Of a DNA stretch of 64,000 bases, positions 19,068 to 29,644 are shown in pieces. Position numbers and translations under genes: made by a program. Every line of letters begins with the position of its first letter. The stretch's first letter is position 1. The DNA is from Sphingomonadales bacterium. Lineage in GTDB: Bacteria; Pseudomonadota; Alphaproteobacteria; CAZZKF01. The stretch is taken from NCBI GenBank assembly GCA_046756385.1, contig JBHHWG010000004.1, positions 5,938 to 69,937 of the forward strand. The letters run 5' to 3'. Below the pieces are notes generated by a model. It did no database searches. It worked only from the letters and a program-made list of their open reading frames with translations, and was not told the origin of the DNA.

Positions 19068-19709
19068 ATGTCATCAGTGAAAATCAGCAGAATATCCTTG
19101 GGCATCGCGGCATTGACCGCAATGCTCTGGGTTGCGAATACTGGATCAGGCTGGGCCGCGATCAATGATTGCGGCACCGATGACGGCACGCCGCCCGGCA
19201 TGTTCAACAGCCAGTGCGCCTCCCTTGGGATTTTCACGGGCAATCAGGTATTAGGGTCCGGTTTCACCATCAACAACGCGGGCAATGACAAGGAGGCCGA
19301 TGTCGAGGCCGCGCTGGTCGATCTCGGCATGGCCCACGATATCATGTTGATTGGCAAGAGTGACGAGGCGAGTGGCGCCAACTTCACCTTCTGGGACATC
19401 GCCAACAACATTCAAGTCGACCCGGCGACAACGGTTTCGGGCGGCTGGAAATATACACCGGGCAACAAAATCGTCACTTTCCTGACGGTAAAAGCCGCCA
19501 GTTCATTTCGAATATTCAAATATACCCCCGCCGCAAGCGACGGTCGATATTCAGCGCTCGGTCTCCTCACCAAGAGTGGCAACCAGGCCATTTTGTCGCA
19601 CATGTCTTTTTGGAAGGCATCAAAAATTTCGGAGCCGATATCCCTGCTCATATTCGCCTTCGGCCTGGTGGGCATGGGCACGCTGAGACGACGTCGGCGG
19701 ACTGTCTGA
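19068..19709 (+). CDS. PEP-CTERM (exosortase-target) secreted protein
   Basis: N-terminal signal peptide (ISLGIAALTAMLWVA). C-terminal sorting signal SEP-ISLLIFAFGLVGMGTL-RRRRRTV, which is the PEP motif, a TM helix and an Arg cluster. Confidence 0.6.
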   Translation: MSSVKISRISLGIAALTAMLWVANTGSGWAAINDCGTDDGTPPGMFNSQCASLGIFTGNQVLGSGFTINNAGNDKEADVEAALVDLGMAHDIMLIGKSDEASGANFTFWDIANNIQVDPATTVSGGWKYTPGNKIVTFLTVKAASSFRIFKYTPAASDGRYSALGLLTKSGNQAILSHMSFWKASKISEPISLLIFAFGLVGMGTLRRRRRTV

Positions 19710-19846
19710 GAACCAGGACACCAGGATTGCTCGCCAAAATTTGAACGGGTGGCGGCTTGTCGCACCGGGTCGATCAGGCGTATGGATAAAAGAACAGTAA
19801 AAACTGGCGGCATGATGTGCTTGCCGAAAGATGAGGAGAGCGACCG

Positions 19847-20287
19847 ATGAAATCACTGGCCTTGCGGCTCGGATCTGGGGTGTGCCTGGCATTCGCCATC
19901 GCCCTTGGGGCGGCGGCCGACGAAGGCAGCGGGCAAGAAAAAAGCCCCCATGCGCGCGACAAGCTCCCGCCGATCACCCAGGAATGCATGTTCTTCAATA
20001 CAATTTACGACTGGCGGGCACTCGATCCCTACAATCTCATAGTGTGGTTCAACAACCGCAACACGCCTCGGCATCTCGAGCTTGAAACAGCCTGCTATTC
20101 CGCGCGCTTTGTCGACGCCATCGCCTTTACTTCCAATCGCGATGGCCGGCTTTGTGCGTTCGGTGGGGATTCGGTGGTAATCGGCGATATGAATTGCGCG
20201 ATCGGCGCCATGCATAAGATAACGCCGGAACAAGCCGACGAACTGGTCGCGGAATTCAAGAAGCGCCGCACCAAAAAGTCCGACTAG
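19847..20287 (+). CDS. Hypothetical secreted protein (4 Cys)
   Basis: Signal peptide MKSLALRLGSGVCLAFAIALGAAA. Good coding potential. No recognisable domain. Confidence 0.45.
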   Translation: MKSLALRLGSGVCLAFAIALGAAADEGSGQEKSPHARDKLPPITQECMFFNTIYDWRALDPYNLIVWFNNRNTPRHLELETACYSARFVDAIAFTSNRDGRLCAFGGDSVVIGDMNCAIGAMHKITPEQADELVAEFKKRRTKKSD

Positions 20288-20381
20288 CGCCGCACGCCCA
20301 TCACCCTGACAGCGGTTACCGATTCCAGCCACTGTGAATTTTTGATTGAATATTTAACGTTCACGGTCAACACTAGCCGCC

Positions 20382-20987
20382 ATGGAGAAACGTGAAGACA
20401 GCCGCGATGAAATTCGCGAGCGGATCATTGATGCGGCCTCGGCACTGTTCACCCGCTACGGCTATGGCAAAACCTGCATGGCCGACATCGCCCGCGACTG
20501 CGAAATGTCCCCGGGCAATCTGTATCGTTATTTCGAAAACAAGCTCGAAATCGCCGCTCAAATCGTCCGGCGAGAGTTTGAACGCGAACTCGCCGCGCAA
20601 GCCCGGTTTCTGACCGAACCCGGCCTGACCGCCGCCGAGCGATTGCGCCGCTATGTCATTGGCGAGATGGAAGGCACCTACGCCCAGCTTGAGGAATTCC
20701 CCACACTGCTGGAGCAAACCCGCGAAGTGCGCGCCAAGCGGCCCTTGCTGGTGCATGAATATCTGGCGCAGTCGCGCGAACTGATTGCCGAAATTCTCAA
20801 GATGGGCAACATTTCGGGCGAGTTCGAGTTCGAGGTCGAGGATCTGATCGACACGGCCGAAATGATTCAGGCCGCGACACTCAAATTTCGCTATCCGCAG
20901 ATCCACAGCCGGCTGACGCTCGATCAGCTCAAGCGTGAGCTCGATGGCGTTCTGGACCTGCTCATCAACGGCCTGCAAGCCGATTAG
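20382..20987 (+). CDS. TetR-family transcriptional regulator
   Basis: N-terminal HTH: IIDAASALFTRYGYGKTCMADIARDCEMSPGNLYRYFENK. Confidence 0.8.
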   Translation: MEKREDSRDEIRERIIDAASALFTRYGYGKTCMADIARDCEMSPGNLYRYFENKLEIAAQIVRREFERELAAQARFLTEPGLTAAERLRRYVIGEMEGTYAQLEEFPTLLEQTREVRAKRPLLVHEYLAQSRELIAEILKMGNISGEFEFEVEDLIDTAEMIQAATLKFRYPQIHSRLTLDQLKRELDGVLDLLINGLQAD

Positions 20988-21129
20988 AACATTCTTGATC
21001 CCAAGTCTTCGGGCCAACGAATCCCCTTGAAATATAAGCCCTTCCAGCCGCCACGGCCGCTCGCCACTTGACGACGCGCCGTGCCCTGTTCGCCGTTTGC
21101 CGCCTTGCCGCTTGCCCTCGCCCGGCCTC

Positions 21130-21235
21130 GCTCACGAATCTGTTACATTTACGTCTGAATATTTTTGAAAAAATTCATTGTTTTTTCGGAAGAATTATAT
21201 ATATTGAAAATCAAGACGAGACAAAACGGGCCCGC
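21130..21235. promoter_or_regulatory. AT-rich island (probable promoter/regulatory region) in an otherwise GC-rich locus
   Basis: About 100 bp of ...ttacatttacgtctgaatatttttgaaaaaattcattgttttttcggaagaattatatatattgaaaatcaag... . Followed by a possible small ORF (21285..21427) and C-rich tracts. Confidence 0.3.
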
Positions 21236-21662
21236 GCCGACGACATTCCGGGTCCGGAGCGGCCACCGAAGAGGACAAAGAAGATGCGGACGTTTAAGCA
21301 AGTCGGGCCACTTGGACGGAAAACGGAAACAGCGTTCGTCGATCTGGTGGCCGGCCTCATTCTGGTCGGCTACGGCGCGGCCCTGGCGCCCTTCGTCAAG
21401 GGCGTACTGACTAGCGGCGTTTTTTAATCGGGTTGTCCCCCCAAGCCGGTGCGTGTGTCGAGGCGCGTCCCTCTCCCCCCGACCCTTCCCAAGCAGCGTG
21501 CTGAGGCGCCTGCACCGGCTTTTTTCCTTTACCGCCTTCCTCCCCCCCCGAAACGCACTGACAATTCACCTGCCCCTGACCCACGCCAGCCGCACAATGC
21601 CCGCCACAAGCGGTATCGCGGTGCATCTTGGACAGAATATAATTTACGGGCTACGGTGTCCC

Positions 21663-22340
21663 ATGGCCGTGTCCATTGAAAAAATTACCCACGCATTGCA
21701 GGCGATCGGCCTGACGGTCATGGGCGCCTTTCACCCCGACCCGGCCGATAAGGTGCCGCCGTGCGCCAACGGTGCGCCGGCCCGAACCCTGGTCCTGGCC
21801 GGCAATGTCGGCCCGGCGATGTGGCAAGCGTTCTCGTCGGCGGGGATTGAAGGGCCCCACCCGCTTGACCAATGGCTGAGCCATCACCTGCCTGTGCTTG
21901 CAACCGAACTGGGGGCCACGCCGCTGTTGATCAGTCAGGGCCCGCCCTATCTGCCATTTCAGCGTTGGGCCAGGCGCGCCGGTCCCTATTATTCGTCGCC
22001 GCTCGGCATTCTCATCCATCCGGTTTTCGGTCTGTGGCACGGGTTCCGGGGCGCGCTGGCGTTCCCTGAGCAGCTAACTCTGCCGCCCCGGGATGACCGG
22101 CCAGGCCCGTGCGCGTCCTGCCGTGAAAAACCCTGTCTCGACGCCTGCCCGGTCGGCGCGTTCACAAGCGACGGCTATCACGTCGCCGCCTGCATCGACC
22201 ACCTCCATGCGCCGCAAGGGCACGATTGCCTCGACCGCGGCTGCCGCGCCCGCCGCGCCTGCCCGGTCGGCCGCGACTATATTTATAAGCCCGCCCAGGC
22301 CCGCCATCACATGACCGCCTTTTTACGCGCCAACGGATAA
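21663..22340 (+). CDS. Fe-S cluster-binding (ferredoxin-like) protein
   Basis: CASCREKPCLDACP looks like a CxxCxxxxCxxxCP 4Fe-4S-type motif. There is a further Cys/His cluster at CIDHLH...CLDRGCRARRACP. The start was taken at MAVSIEK; the ORF is open from 21453. Confidence 0.55.
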   Translation: MAVSIEKITHALQAIGLTVMGAFHPDPADKVPPCANGAPARTLVLAGNVGPAMWQAFSSAGIEGPHPLDQWLSHHLPVLATELGATPLLISQGPPYLPFQRWARRAGPYYSSPLGILIHPVFGLWHGFRGALAFPEQLTLPPRDDRPGPCASCREKPCLDACPVGAFTSDGYHVAACIDHLHAPQGHDCLDRGCRARRACPVGRDYIYKPAQARHHMTAFLRANG

Positions 22341-22377
22341 TGGCCAGGAATAATCCGCTTTGGAATATATGAAAACA

Positions 22378-22614
22378 TCACGCTCGGGCGCCGGAGGCCT
22401 TGTACATCACTAAATCCCACTGACCGGTCACCTCGTCATGGCGCAGCAGAAATTCCGAGCCTTTCCGGCTTCGCACCTTGAAATAACGGTGGTCGGGCGC
22501 CAGCCAACAGTCGACGATTTCGGCAATCTCCACCGGCTGATCGCCCAGAATGAACCGCCTTGGTGTTTGTTCACCGCGATACCCGGCGTAGCATTCGACC
22601 CTGATATTCTTCAT
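22378..22614 (-). CDS. Small hypothetical protein (78 aa)
   Basis: Intact ORF between two genes with plausible codon usage. No recognisable domain. Confidence 0.35.
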   Translation of the reverse strand: MKNIRVECYAGYRGEQTPRRFILGDQPVEIAEIVDCWLAPDHRYFKVRSRKGSEFLLRHDEVTGQWDLVMYKASGARA

Positions 22615-22644
22615 GGGTCTCAGACTCCGACTTTTAGAGCACTC

Positions 22645-23298
22645 TCACCCGCCAGAACGCTTGCCATAGGTCTCGAAGCGTTTCAGGACCCGCTCCATCT
22701 CTTGTGGCGACAGGAGGTTCGGCTCGCCGATTTGCAAGGCCCGCCAATATTGGGCCGCCAAGGTTTCGACTTCGACCGCCAGGGCCAGCGCCCGATCGAG
22801 ATCGGCCTCAAAACAAATGATGCCGTGGTTCGCGAGAAGGCAGGCTTTCCGGCCCTGGAGCGCCTTGAGCGCATTCTCGGCCAGCTCCTGAGTGCCGAAT
22901 GTCGCATAGGCCGCGCAGCGAATGTCGACCCCGCCGGCCACGGCGACCATGTAATGAAAGGCCGGAATGTCCCGGCCCAGGCACGCCAGCGCCGTCGCGC
23001 ACGGAGGATGGGCGTGAACAACGGCGCGCGCCTCGGGCCGGGTCCTGAGGATGGCGTAATGCATCGACCATTCCGATGACGGCTCCCGATCGCCGACATA
23101 ACTGCCATCGAAATGAACCAGCGGAATATGGGACGGTTCCAACTCATGGCATGGCACGCCCGATGGCGTGATCAGAAAGCCGTTTTCGACCCGCGTGCTC
23201 ACATTCCCGGACGTGCCCTGTGTCAGTCCGGCCGCGACTGTCTCGCGCGCGGTCCGGATGATCGCGCGGCGCAGAGCGAGATGAGAGACCGTGGTCAT
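22645..23298 (-). CDS. mtnB: Class II aldolase/adducin-family protein, probable methylthioribulose-1-phosphate dehydratase
   Basis: Class II aldolase metal-binding His pattern (HAHP...HGIICFE). Immediately downstream of mtnA and translationally coupled to it. Confidence 0.7.
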   Translation of the reverse strand: MTTVSHLALRRAIIRTARETVAAGLTQGTSGNVSTRVENGFLITPSGVPCHELEPSHIPLVHFDGSYVGDREPSSEWSMHYAILRTRPEARAVVHAHPPCATALACLGRDIPAFHYMVAVAGGVDIRCAAYATFGTQELAENALKALQGRKACLLANHGIICFEADLDRALALAVEVETLAAQYWRALQIGEPNLLSPQEMERVLKRFETYGKRSGG

Positions 23299-23300
23299 GC

Positions 23301-24407
23301 CTATCCCCGTGCGTCGCCGGCATGCTCGGGAAACGCCGCGGCAAGGCCCTGAACGGTGGCGGGCAGCACCCCGCGTTCCGTAATCAGGCCCGTGATCAGT
23401 TTCGCCGGCGTCACGTCGAAAGCATAATTGGCGGCCCTGGCGCCCTCGGGCGTCAGGCGGACCGTTTCAACCTGACCCGCCGCCGTGCGACCGGAAATCC
23501 ACGACACTTCATTCCCGCCGCGTTGTTCAATCGGAATGTCGGACACCCCATCCTCGATCGTCCAATCGATCGTGGTGGAGGGAAGCGCGACATAGAACGG
23601 CACGCCATTATCTTTTGCCGCCAAGGCCTTGAGATAGGTGCCAATCTTGTTGGCGACGTCACCGGCGGCGGTGGTGCGGTCGGTCCCGACGATACAAAGA
23701 TCGACCTGATCGTGCTGCATCAAATGGCCGCCGGCGTTATCGGCGATCACCGTGTGAGCCACCCCTTCGTGGCCCAATTCGAAGGCGGTCAGTGCCGCGC
23801 CCTGATTGCGGGGCCGGGTCTCGTCGACCCATATGTGGACATCAATCCCGTCGCGATGCGCCTTGTAGATAGGCGCGGTCGCCGTTCCCCAATCGACAGT
23901 CGCCAGCCACCCGGCGTTACAATGGGTGAGGATATTGACCGGCGCACCGTCGGCTTTAGCGGCGGCGATTTCGCGGATCAGTCCCAGCCCGGCCCGTCCG
24001 ATCGCCTGACTGATTTCGACGTCCCGGTCGCAAATCTCCCCCGCAAAGGAATAGGCCGCCGCCAAACGCTCGTCCGGGGCCAAATCGCCGAGCCTGTTTT
24101 GCATCGTCCCAACCGCCCATCGAAGATTGACCGCGGTTGGCCGGGTCGCCAGCAATTTGTCCGCCGCGGCGGCAATCGCCTGGTTTGACGCATCACGCCT
24201 GACCGCCAGGCAAATGCCGTAGGCCGCGGTCGCGCCAATCAGCGGCGCGCCGCGCACCAGCATGGCCTTGATCGCATGAGCCGCATCGTCAACGGTTTCG
24301 AGGCGGGCCGTTTTGAACTCATGGGGCAGCCGGGTCTGGTCTATGATCTCGACCGCCCGATCCCCGGTGGGCCAGATTGTCCGGAAGGGTCGTCCGTTTA
24401 CTCTCAT
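23301..24407 (-). CDS. mtnA: S-methyl-5-thioribose-1-phosphate isomerase (eIF-2B alpha/beta/delta-like)
   Basis: [37 protein letters not shown] and the conserved C-terminal fold. The start was chosen at MRVNG (368 aa); the ORF extends to 24635. Confidence 0.85.
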   Translation of the reverse strand: MRVNGRPFRTIWPTGDRAVEIIDQTRLPHEFKTARLETVDDAAHAIKAMLVRGAPLIGATAAYGICLAVRRDASNQAIAAAADKLLATRPTAVNLRWAVGTMQNRLGDLAPDERLAAAYSFAGEICDRDVEISQAIGRAGLGLIREIAAAKADGAPVNILTHCNAGWLATVDWGTATAPIYKAHRDGIDVHIWVDETRPRNQGAALTAFELGHEGVAHTVIADNAGGHLMQHDQVDLCIVGTDRTTAAGDVANKIGTYLKALAAKDNGVPFYVALPSTTIDWTIEDGVSDIPIEQRGGNEVSWISGRTAAGQVETVRLTPEGARAANYAFDVTPAKLITGLITERGVLPATVQGLAAAFPEHAGDARG

Positions 24408-24426
24408 GTCTGCTTTCCGAGCTTGT

Positions 24427-25365
24427 TCAATTACCGGCCGGTTGGGCCGCCTGCCGGAGCCGGGTTTCAATCTGGTCGAGTTTACCGCCGATCGCCTTTC
24501 CAATGTGAATTTGCGGGAAGGACTGCTGAAACCGTTGTTGTCTCTCAAGCGCCCTGATCGTTCCCTCCGCCATTCTGAAAGCCTTGACGAAGGAATATTC
24601 CAGGCGCAAGGCCTCTGCGAAATAGGCGCGGCCAAAATAGGTGAATTTGGCGGTGTTTGTGCAGCCGAACGAGGTCCGGTCGGCGCGTGCCGCCGTCATC
24701 ATCAGGGTCTGATCGTCGCTTAACGCCTCCACGAAACCACCCGAATAACACGCTGAAATCACGATCACACGCCATTTGATCCTGGACTGATCGAGAACCT
24801 TCTGGAGTGCCGGCACGTTGATATTGTCGATCGAAAGGGGCGGCATGTCGAGCCACAGTTGGTGATCGCGCGAACCGTGGCTGGTGATGAACAGAAACAC
24901 CACATCTTCCTCGCGATCGATGGTCCGCGAGACGAAATTAAGCGCCAGACGAAGATTGTCCAAATTCGCCAGCGGCAGTTCGTCAATGGTTGCACGGTTA
25001 TTGACCATGACGATCGATCGATGATCGGTACCGAAACGTTGATCGAACAGGCTCTTGGCAAAGCGCACCTCGCTTAGGAAAACATTTTGCTTGGCATCGC
25101 CGCCGAACCCGATGAAATAAAGATCAGCGACTCCGGGCCGCTGCGGCGCCAGGGCGCGGGCCTGTTCCAGGACCAGCTTCCGCTGCATGTGCATCACGCC
25201 CCTGAAATCGATCTTTGTGGGCGCCGCGTCTTGCCTCTGTTGGGCGCGCACGACGCCGGGCCCGGCCACCGGGCAACCAAACGCAACAAACGCCAGCACC
25301 GCAAGAATACACGGTCTCAGCCTGATCCTGCTGGAAACGCCACCTGCCATTCGGTTCACCCCCAC
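24427..25365 (-). CDS. Secreted peptidase C13 (legumain/caspase-fold) family protein
   Basis: Signal peptide. The His block [10 protein letters not shown] and the Cys block [10 protein letters not shown] match the clan CD His-Gly ... Ala-Cys-x-Ser-Gly catalytic dyad arrangement. Confidence 0.55.
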   Translation of the reverse strand: MGVNRMAGGVSSRIRLRPCILAVLAFVAFGCPVAGPGVVRAQQRQDAAPTKIDFRGVMHMQRKLVLEQARALAPQRPGVADLYFIGFGGDAKQNVFLSEVRFAKSLFDQRFGTDHRSIVMVNNRATIDELPLANLDNLRLALNFVSRTIDREEDVVFLFITSHGSRDHQLWLDMPPLSIDNINVPALQKVLDQSRIKWRVIVISACYSGGFVEALSDDQTLMMTAARADRTSFGCTNTAKFTYFGRAYFAEALRLEYSFVKAFRMAEGTIRALERQQRFQQSFPQIHIGKAIGGKLDQIETRLRQAAQPAGN

Positions 25366-25465
25366 CTGCTTGGCATGACAAGCTGGGGAGATTACATGAT
25401 TGCAATCACCACCGGCAAGGGCGGGGGCGTCACGGGAATCGACGCATCTTGCTGTGGCAACGTCC

Positions 25466-26047
25466 CTAATGCATGGTCATTGCCGGCCTCGCCGCCCGCT
25501 CGTGGCTGACGCCGGGCTCGGCCTGCATTCTTCGCATTGGCAGGAGCAGGCCGTGCCGTCGCAAGACCTGCGCCACTCGCCTCCCGTTGTCAATCAACTC
25601 GCCGACGGCGTCGGACTCGACCATCCATTCAGCCATTGTCCGCGTCAGTTGCATGTGACGATGCTGACAAGCCGCGACGAAATCGACTATGCGGACCTCA
25701 TCGGCTCCCAGACAGGGGCAGCAAGGCTGATGATGACAAAATTTGCGACGGGCGAAGCACTGTAGTCCGTTGATCAGACCAACGAAACCCGACAGCGCCT
25801 CTTGGCTGTCGCAGGGCCCGAACCGGGTTTCAAATTCGCGCCAGACCAATGGCAAATGCTCGCCTGTATTACGGCGAAGGCCGAATACCCATCGGCGGAA
25901 TGCCCATACGATCAGTCTTTCCGCGGGCTCGAGTTCGGCGGTCGAGGTGGGCCGAGTTGTTCTTATCCGGAAATTTCGCATCATGGCTGCACTCATAAAG
26001 CAATGTGGCAATGACCGGAGTATATTGCGAATGATTATCAGTTGCAA
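25466..26047 (-). CDS. Hypothetical protein with a CHHxxCCxC cluster
   Basis: 193-aa ORF with no recognised domain. Cys/His cluster FCHHQPCCPCLG. The start is uncertain. Confidence 0.3.
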   Translation of the reverse strand: MQLIIIRNILRSLPHCFMSAAMMRNFRIRTTRPTSTAELEPAERLIVWAFRRWVFGLRRNTGEHLPLVWREFETRFGPCDSQEALSGFVGLINGLQCFARRKFCHHQPCCPCLGADEVRIVDFVAACQHRHMQLTRTMAEWMVESDAVGELIDNGRRVAQVLRRHGLLLPMRRMQAEPGVSHERAARPAMTMH

Positions 26048-26110
26048 GTCGTTTAAAAATCGACGCCTTTGAACAGCCCTGACCGGCAGGAAATTATTGC
26101 GCGGTGGCGA

Positions 26111-27445
26111 TCAAGGCTTGTTTTCCGGCTTCGCGGCCTCGGCGGCGCGCCGAAGCGCCTTCTTGCGATCAGCCGGGAAGCATTCCCTGCAATCGCCGGG
26201 CGGCAGGTCCTCGGGCGGATAAAGCGCTATCTTTTGATTCTTCGGCCTGGGCTTCCCGGGGTCGATATCGCGCCGGTTGGCGCCTCTTGGAACCACCAGC
26301 CTGCCATCGCGATACTCAAGATCGGGCCACCATTTCTGGCCCTTTACGCGCTTGCCATTGCCTAACAGATCATCCAGCCATATCGCGATCCGAATCATGA
26401 CCGGCTTCAGCCACGTTGCGTTGATGCCGAGCCAACTGGCGATTCGCTGGACAATCGGCCCGTCCCTGGTCACGACCTTATTCAGGGGGCAGGTCTTCAT
26501 ACACCGCCCGCAGGCCGAGCCTTTTTGGTTGGTGACGCGGTATTTGGCGCAATTCTCAACATCCGGCTTCCAGGTTTCATAGCCGTTGAACATGACTTTG
26601 TCGCCGAACGGAATCGCGTTGCACGGGCATTCGCGGGCGCATTTGTAGCACTTGGCGCAAAAATCCTGCAGTCCGAAGTCGATCGGCTTATCGACGGTCA
26701 TCGGCAGGTCGGTGGTTACCACGCAGACCTTCATGCGCGGCCCGATGAACGGATTGAGCACCAACTCGCCAATGCGCGACATCTCGCCCAATCCGGCCAG
26801 CAGCATCAGTGGAATCTGAAGCACCTGGCCTTTCGCGGCCGAATGGCAGCGCGCGGGATAGCCCAGCCTGCGAATATAATTGGCAATCACATCGCCGCTA
26901 ATACCACCCTTTAAGTATGCGCGGTAGCTTTGGGTGCCGCTGATCCAGTCGTCGCCGGATGCCCCCTCCATCGTTTCGAAGCCCTGATCGAAAATCATTA
27001 CGATCGCGTATTTATGGCCGGGGGTAATTTCATTGCCATCCCCGTCATGTGAATACCAGGCATATTCAGGAACTTCGCAAATGCCGACCATGTCGACATC
27101 GAGAAAATAGGCCAGCGATTTGATTTGCCTGGCCATCACGTCGGGATCATCGGTTCCCGGCGCCTTGTCGGGCGCGGCCTCTCCGTCCTGGTGCTCGACC
27201 AGGGCTTTCATAAGATCGTCCATGGCGGCGGCCAGCGGATATTTATTGATCATCCGGGGCCGTTCCTGTTGGGCGCGCGGTCCGAGATCGCCAAAACGCG
27301 GCCGGGTGAAGAACGCGCCGCGCAACGGTACGCGCTTTACGGTCTCCGCGTCGATTCTGGTGGTCGGTTTATCCACTCTTTTTACCGTCTCCATCTTGTA
27401 TTTACCAAGATGAGGGGCGCGAAATTTGTATTTAAGGAACGACAA
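26111..27445 (-). CDS. Reductive dehalogenase-family homolog (cobalamin / 2x[4Fe-4S] superfamily, RdhA/QueG-like)
   Basis: Two ferredoxin-type motifs, CAKCYKCARECPCNAI and CGRCMKTCPLN, sit C-terminal to a ~250-aa domain (VDMVGICEVPEYAWYS...) that resembles the corrinoid-binding core of RdhA/QueG. No Tat signal was seen and there is no adjacent RdhB anchor. The start is uncertain. Confidence 0.5.
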   Translation of the reverse strand: MSFLKYKFRAPHLGKYKMETVKRVDKPTTRIDAETVKRVPLRGAFFTRPRFGDLGPRAQQERPRMINKYPLAAAMDDLMKALVEHQDGEAAPDKAPGTDDPDVMARQIKSLAYFLDVDMVGICEVPEYAWYSHDGDGNEITPGHKYAIVMIFDQGFETMEGASGDDWISGTQSYRAYLKGGISGDVIANYIRRLGYPARCHSAAKGQVLQIPLMLLAGLGEMSRIGELVLNPFIGPRMKVCVVTTDLPMTVDKPIDFGLQDFCAKCYKCARECPCNAIPFGDKVMFNGYETWKPDVENCAKYRVTNQKGSACGRCMKTCPLNKVVTRDGPIVQRIASWLGINATWLKPVMIRIAIWLDDLLGNGKRVKGQKWWPDLEYRDGRLVVPRGANRRDIDPGKPRPKNQKIALYPPEDLPPGDCRECFPADRKKALRRAAEAAKPENKP

Positions 27446-27729
27446 CCACCCTCTCCCACACCAACAGAATCGCTAAACTGACAAGACCGCCGAAATATCC
27501 CGGACGGAGCCCTTCCGCCCGGTCCTTAATCCCTACGGTTATAACGCCATGTCATGGCATTGTCAGAAACCCTTACAATCTTTCCGGGGAACGGCTCACT
27601 GGCGTTGGCAGGTTACTGGCGGAATGGCAAGAACATATTGTAAGTTCGCACAAATTTTGAGAGGCTGGCCCGGCCCGCAAGCGGGGTGGAGCGTCTTGAA
27701 ATCAGAAAAGCAGTGTTCGGAAAACCGCC

Positions 27730-28128
27730 ATGGAGTTCTTTGCATCAACCGAGACCGGCGACCATGACGTAAGCGCCCATGCGCGCAAAATTGGTGAGGA
27801 TGTGCTGGTCGCGATCTGGGGCGGCGACAAGCCTCATATCGGCGCCGTGGCGGCTGCCCAACCGCGCCCCAGTCTTGACGACCGAACCAGAACCAGCGCC
27901 TCAACATCCGTGATCTGCTTTGTCGGCCACAAAGAAGACGATCTGGCAAAGCATGCGGCGCAGACGCTCGCGTCGGCGTTGAAGGTGCGGGTCGTTGTCA
28001 CCGCCGGCATCCATTGGGACAACATCACGCCGGACGGAATCAAATCGGTTCGCTGCAACTGCAAGTCCGTAATCGCAAAGGTTGCCGATCTCCTGTCTGG
28101 CGCCCCGGAACGTCCGGAAACGGCCTGA
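27730..28128 (+). CDS. Hypothetical protein (132 aa)
   Basis: Intact ORF with good codon usage between the RdhA-like and MCP genes. No recognised motif. Confidence 0.3.
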   Translation: MEFFASTETGDHDVSAHARKIGEDVLVAIWGGDKPHIGAVAAAQPRPSLDDRTRTSASTSVICFVGHKEDDLAKHAAQTLASALKVRVVVTAGIHWDNITPDGIKSVRCNCKSVIAKVADLLSGAPERPETA

Positions 28129-28312
28129 CCGACCCCCTTCGAATTCACGCCCCAGCCCCCTGTTTTTCACTACCGACCATCACATTTGTTTACTAGTCCT
28201 TTACCACCCAGCCAATAGGCTCACAACAATGGCAGGAGCAAGCACCGCCCTGATTCCAGCATCTCTTGTCGATATTGCCGATTTTTCTGACGTGAAGCAG
28301 AGGAGTATTTCC

Positions 28313-29644
28313 ATGGCAAAGTTCGAGCCCGATGCACAGGGCCGGTTGGCATTTCTGGCCATCAATCAAAAGACGTTTGAAATTCTTGGCAAATTATGGC
28401 CAAGCATCGAACCCAGGATCATCCATATTGTGGGCGGTTTCTTCGACCATTTGACGTCGGTGCCTCACTTGCGCAAGGCGTTAAAGGGGGTTGATTTCGA
28501 AAAATTGAAGCAGCGTCAGGTCGAACATTGGCAACAACTTTTCACGCAGGGAATTGATGACGCCTTCATCAAATTCACGACGGATGTCGGCGCCGAGTAT
28601 CACAAACTAGGGTTCGAGCCGCGCTGGTTCCTGGGAAGCTACGCGGTTGAATTCCGTGGCTTCCAGGCGGTCGCGAACAGGACTTTCAGGAACGCCCCCA
28701 AGGAGTTGGCCGCCGCAACCACCGCTATTAACAAGATCCATGTTCTGGTAACCGAGGTCCTGGTCTCATCTTATTACGCAGCCTCCCGCCAGGCGGCGCG
28801 GGCTGAGCTCGAAAAACACGCCAGGGCTTTTGAAACCGGCGTCCTGGCGATGGTCGATTCGGTTGCGGCCGCAACCAGCCAGGTGCGTGATACCACCCGG
28901 AACATGCTCGTTTCCGCAACCGAGGCCAGCGACCTGAGCAGCTCGGTCAAAGAGGCATCCAATCGGGCGTCGGAGAATGTCCAGGCCGTGGCCTCCGCGG
29001 CCGAGGAATTGGCGGCTTCAGTGTCCGAGGTCAGCCGGCAGGTGTTGCAGGCGGCTCAGGCCACCGACGACGCGGCGACAGAAGCCGACGGATCCACCGA
29101 AACAATCAGCAGCCTGATGGAGGCCTCTGAACGAATCGGCGACGTTGTAAAGCTGATCTCCGACATCGCCTCGCAAACCAACCTGTTGTCCCTCAACGCT
29201 ACAATCGAGGCGGCGCGGGCCGGCGATGCGGGCCGCGGCTTCGCCGTTGTGGCCTCAGAGGTCAAGACACTCGCCGGGCAAACCGCCAAGGCGACCGGCG
29301 ATATCGCCGCTCAGATCGGCGCCATTCAGCAGGCCACCAAGCGCGTCGTCGCCGCGAATGACAAGATCACCGGCTCGATCGGCAATGTAAGGGATGTCTC
29401 GGCCGCGATCGCTTCAGCGATCGAGCAGCAGGGAGCCACCGCCGCCGAGATCAGCCGTAACATCAACAATGCGGCAAACGGCACCGAGGAAGTTTCCGAT
29501 GGCACAAACAACGTCGACGGCGCATCGCGGCGCACGGGCGACGCGGCCCGGGAGGTCAGCACCGCCGCCGAAGACATCGCCGGCAAGGTGGCGACATTGA
29601 ACACCCAGGTTCAGGATTTCCTGATCGCGGTGCGTAGCCACTGA
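28313..29644 (+). CDS. Globin-coupled sensor methyl-accepting chemotaxis protein (protoglobin-MCP, HemAT-like), copy 1
   Basis: AGGAGT ribosome-binding site. An ~170-aa N-terminal protoglobin-type sensor ([21 protein letters not shown]...[26 protein letters not shown]...). MCP signalling domain with the highly conserved region [35 protein letters not shown]. No TM segments, so soluble. Confidence 0.85.
   Translation: MAKFEPDAQGRLAFLAINQKTFEILGKLWPSIEPRIIHIVGGFFDHLTSVPHLRKALKGVDFEKLKQRQVEHWQQLFTQGIDDAFIKFTTDVGAEYHKLGFEPRWFLGSYAVEFRGFQAVANRTFRNAPKELAAATTAINKIHVLVTEVLVSSYYAASRQAARAELEKHARAFETGVLAMVDSVAAATSQVRDTTRNMLVSATEASDLSSSVKEASNRASENVQAVASAAEELAASVSEVSRQVLQAAQATDDAATEADGSTETISSLMEASERIGDVVKLISDIASQTNLLSLNATIEAARAGDAGRGFAVVASEVKTLAGQTAKATGDIAAQIGAIQQATKRVVAANDKITGSIGNVRDVSAAIASAIEQQGATAAEISRNINNAANGTEEVSDGTNNVDGASRRTGDAAREVSTAAEDIAGKVATLNTQVQDFLIAVRSH

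Noticed and set aside
21285-21427. Possible Flp/Fap-type pilin (small hydrophobic peptide)
   Set aside because: It lacks the Flp G/xxxxEY processing motif. There are no tad/cpa genes nearby. It was kept only as a low-confidence small ORF within the AT-rich / C-tract finding.
27730-28128. Candidate UbiD-associated small D subunit (LpdD/VdcD-like)
   Set aside because: It is 4.5 kb from the UbiD-family gene with unrelated genes in between. It also lacks the Cys4 zinc-ribbon of VdcD-type subunits. Left as hypothetical.
28082-28312. N-terminal extension of the first globin-coupled MCP ORF ([11 protein letters not shown]...)
   Set aside because: The paralog-aligned start (MAKFEPD at 28313) has a good AGGAGT ribosome-binding site and gives the same 443-aa length as the second copy. 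The upstream extension has no counterpart.
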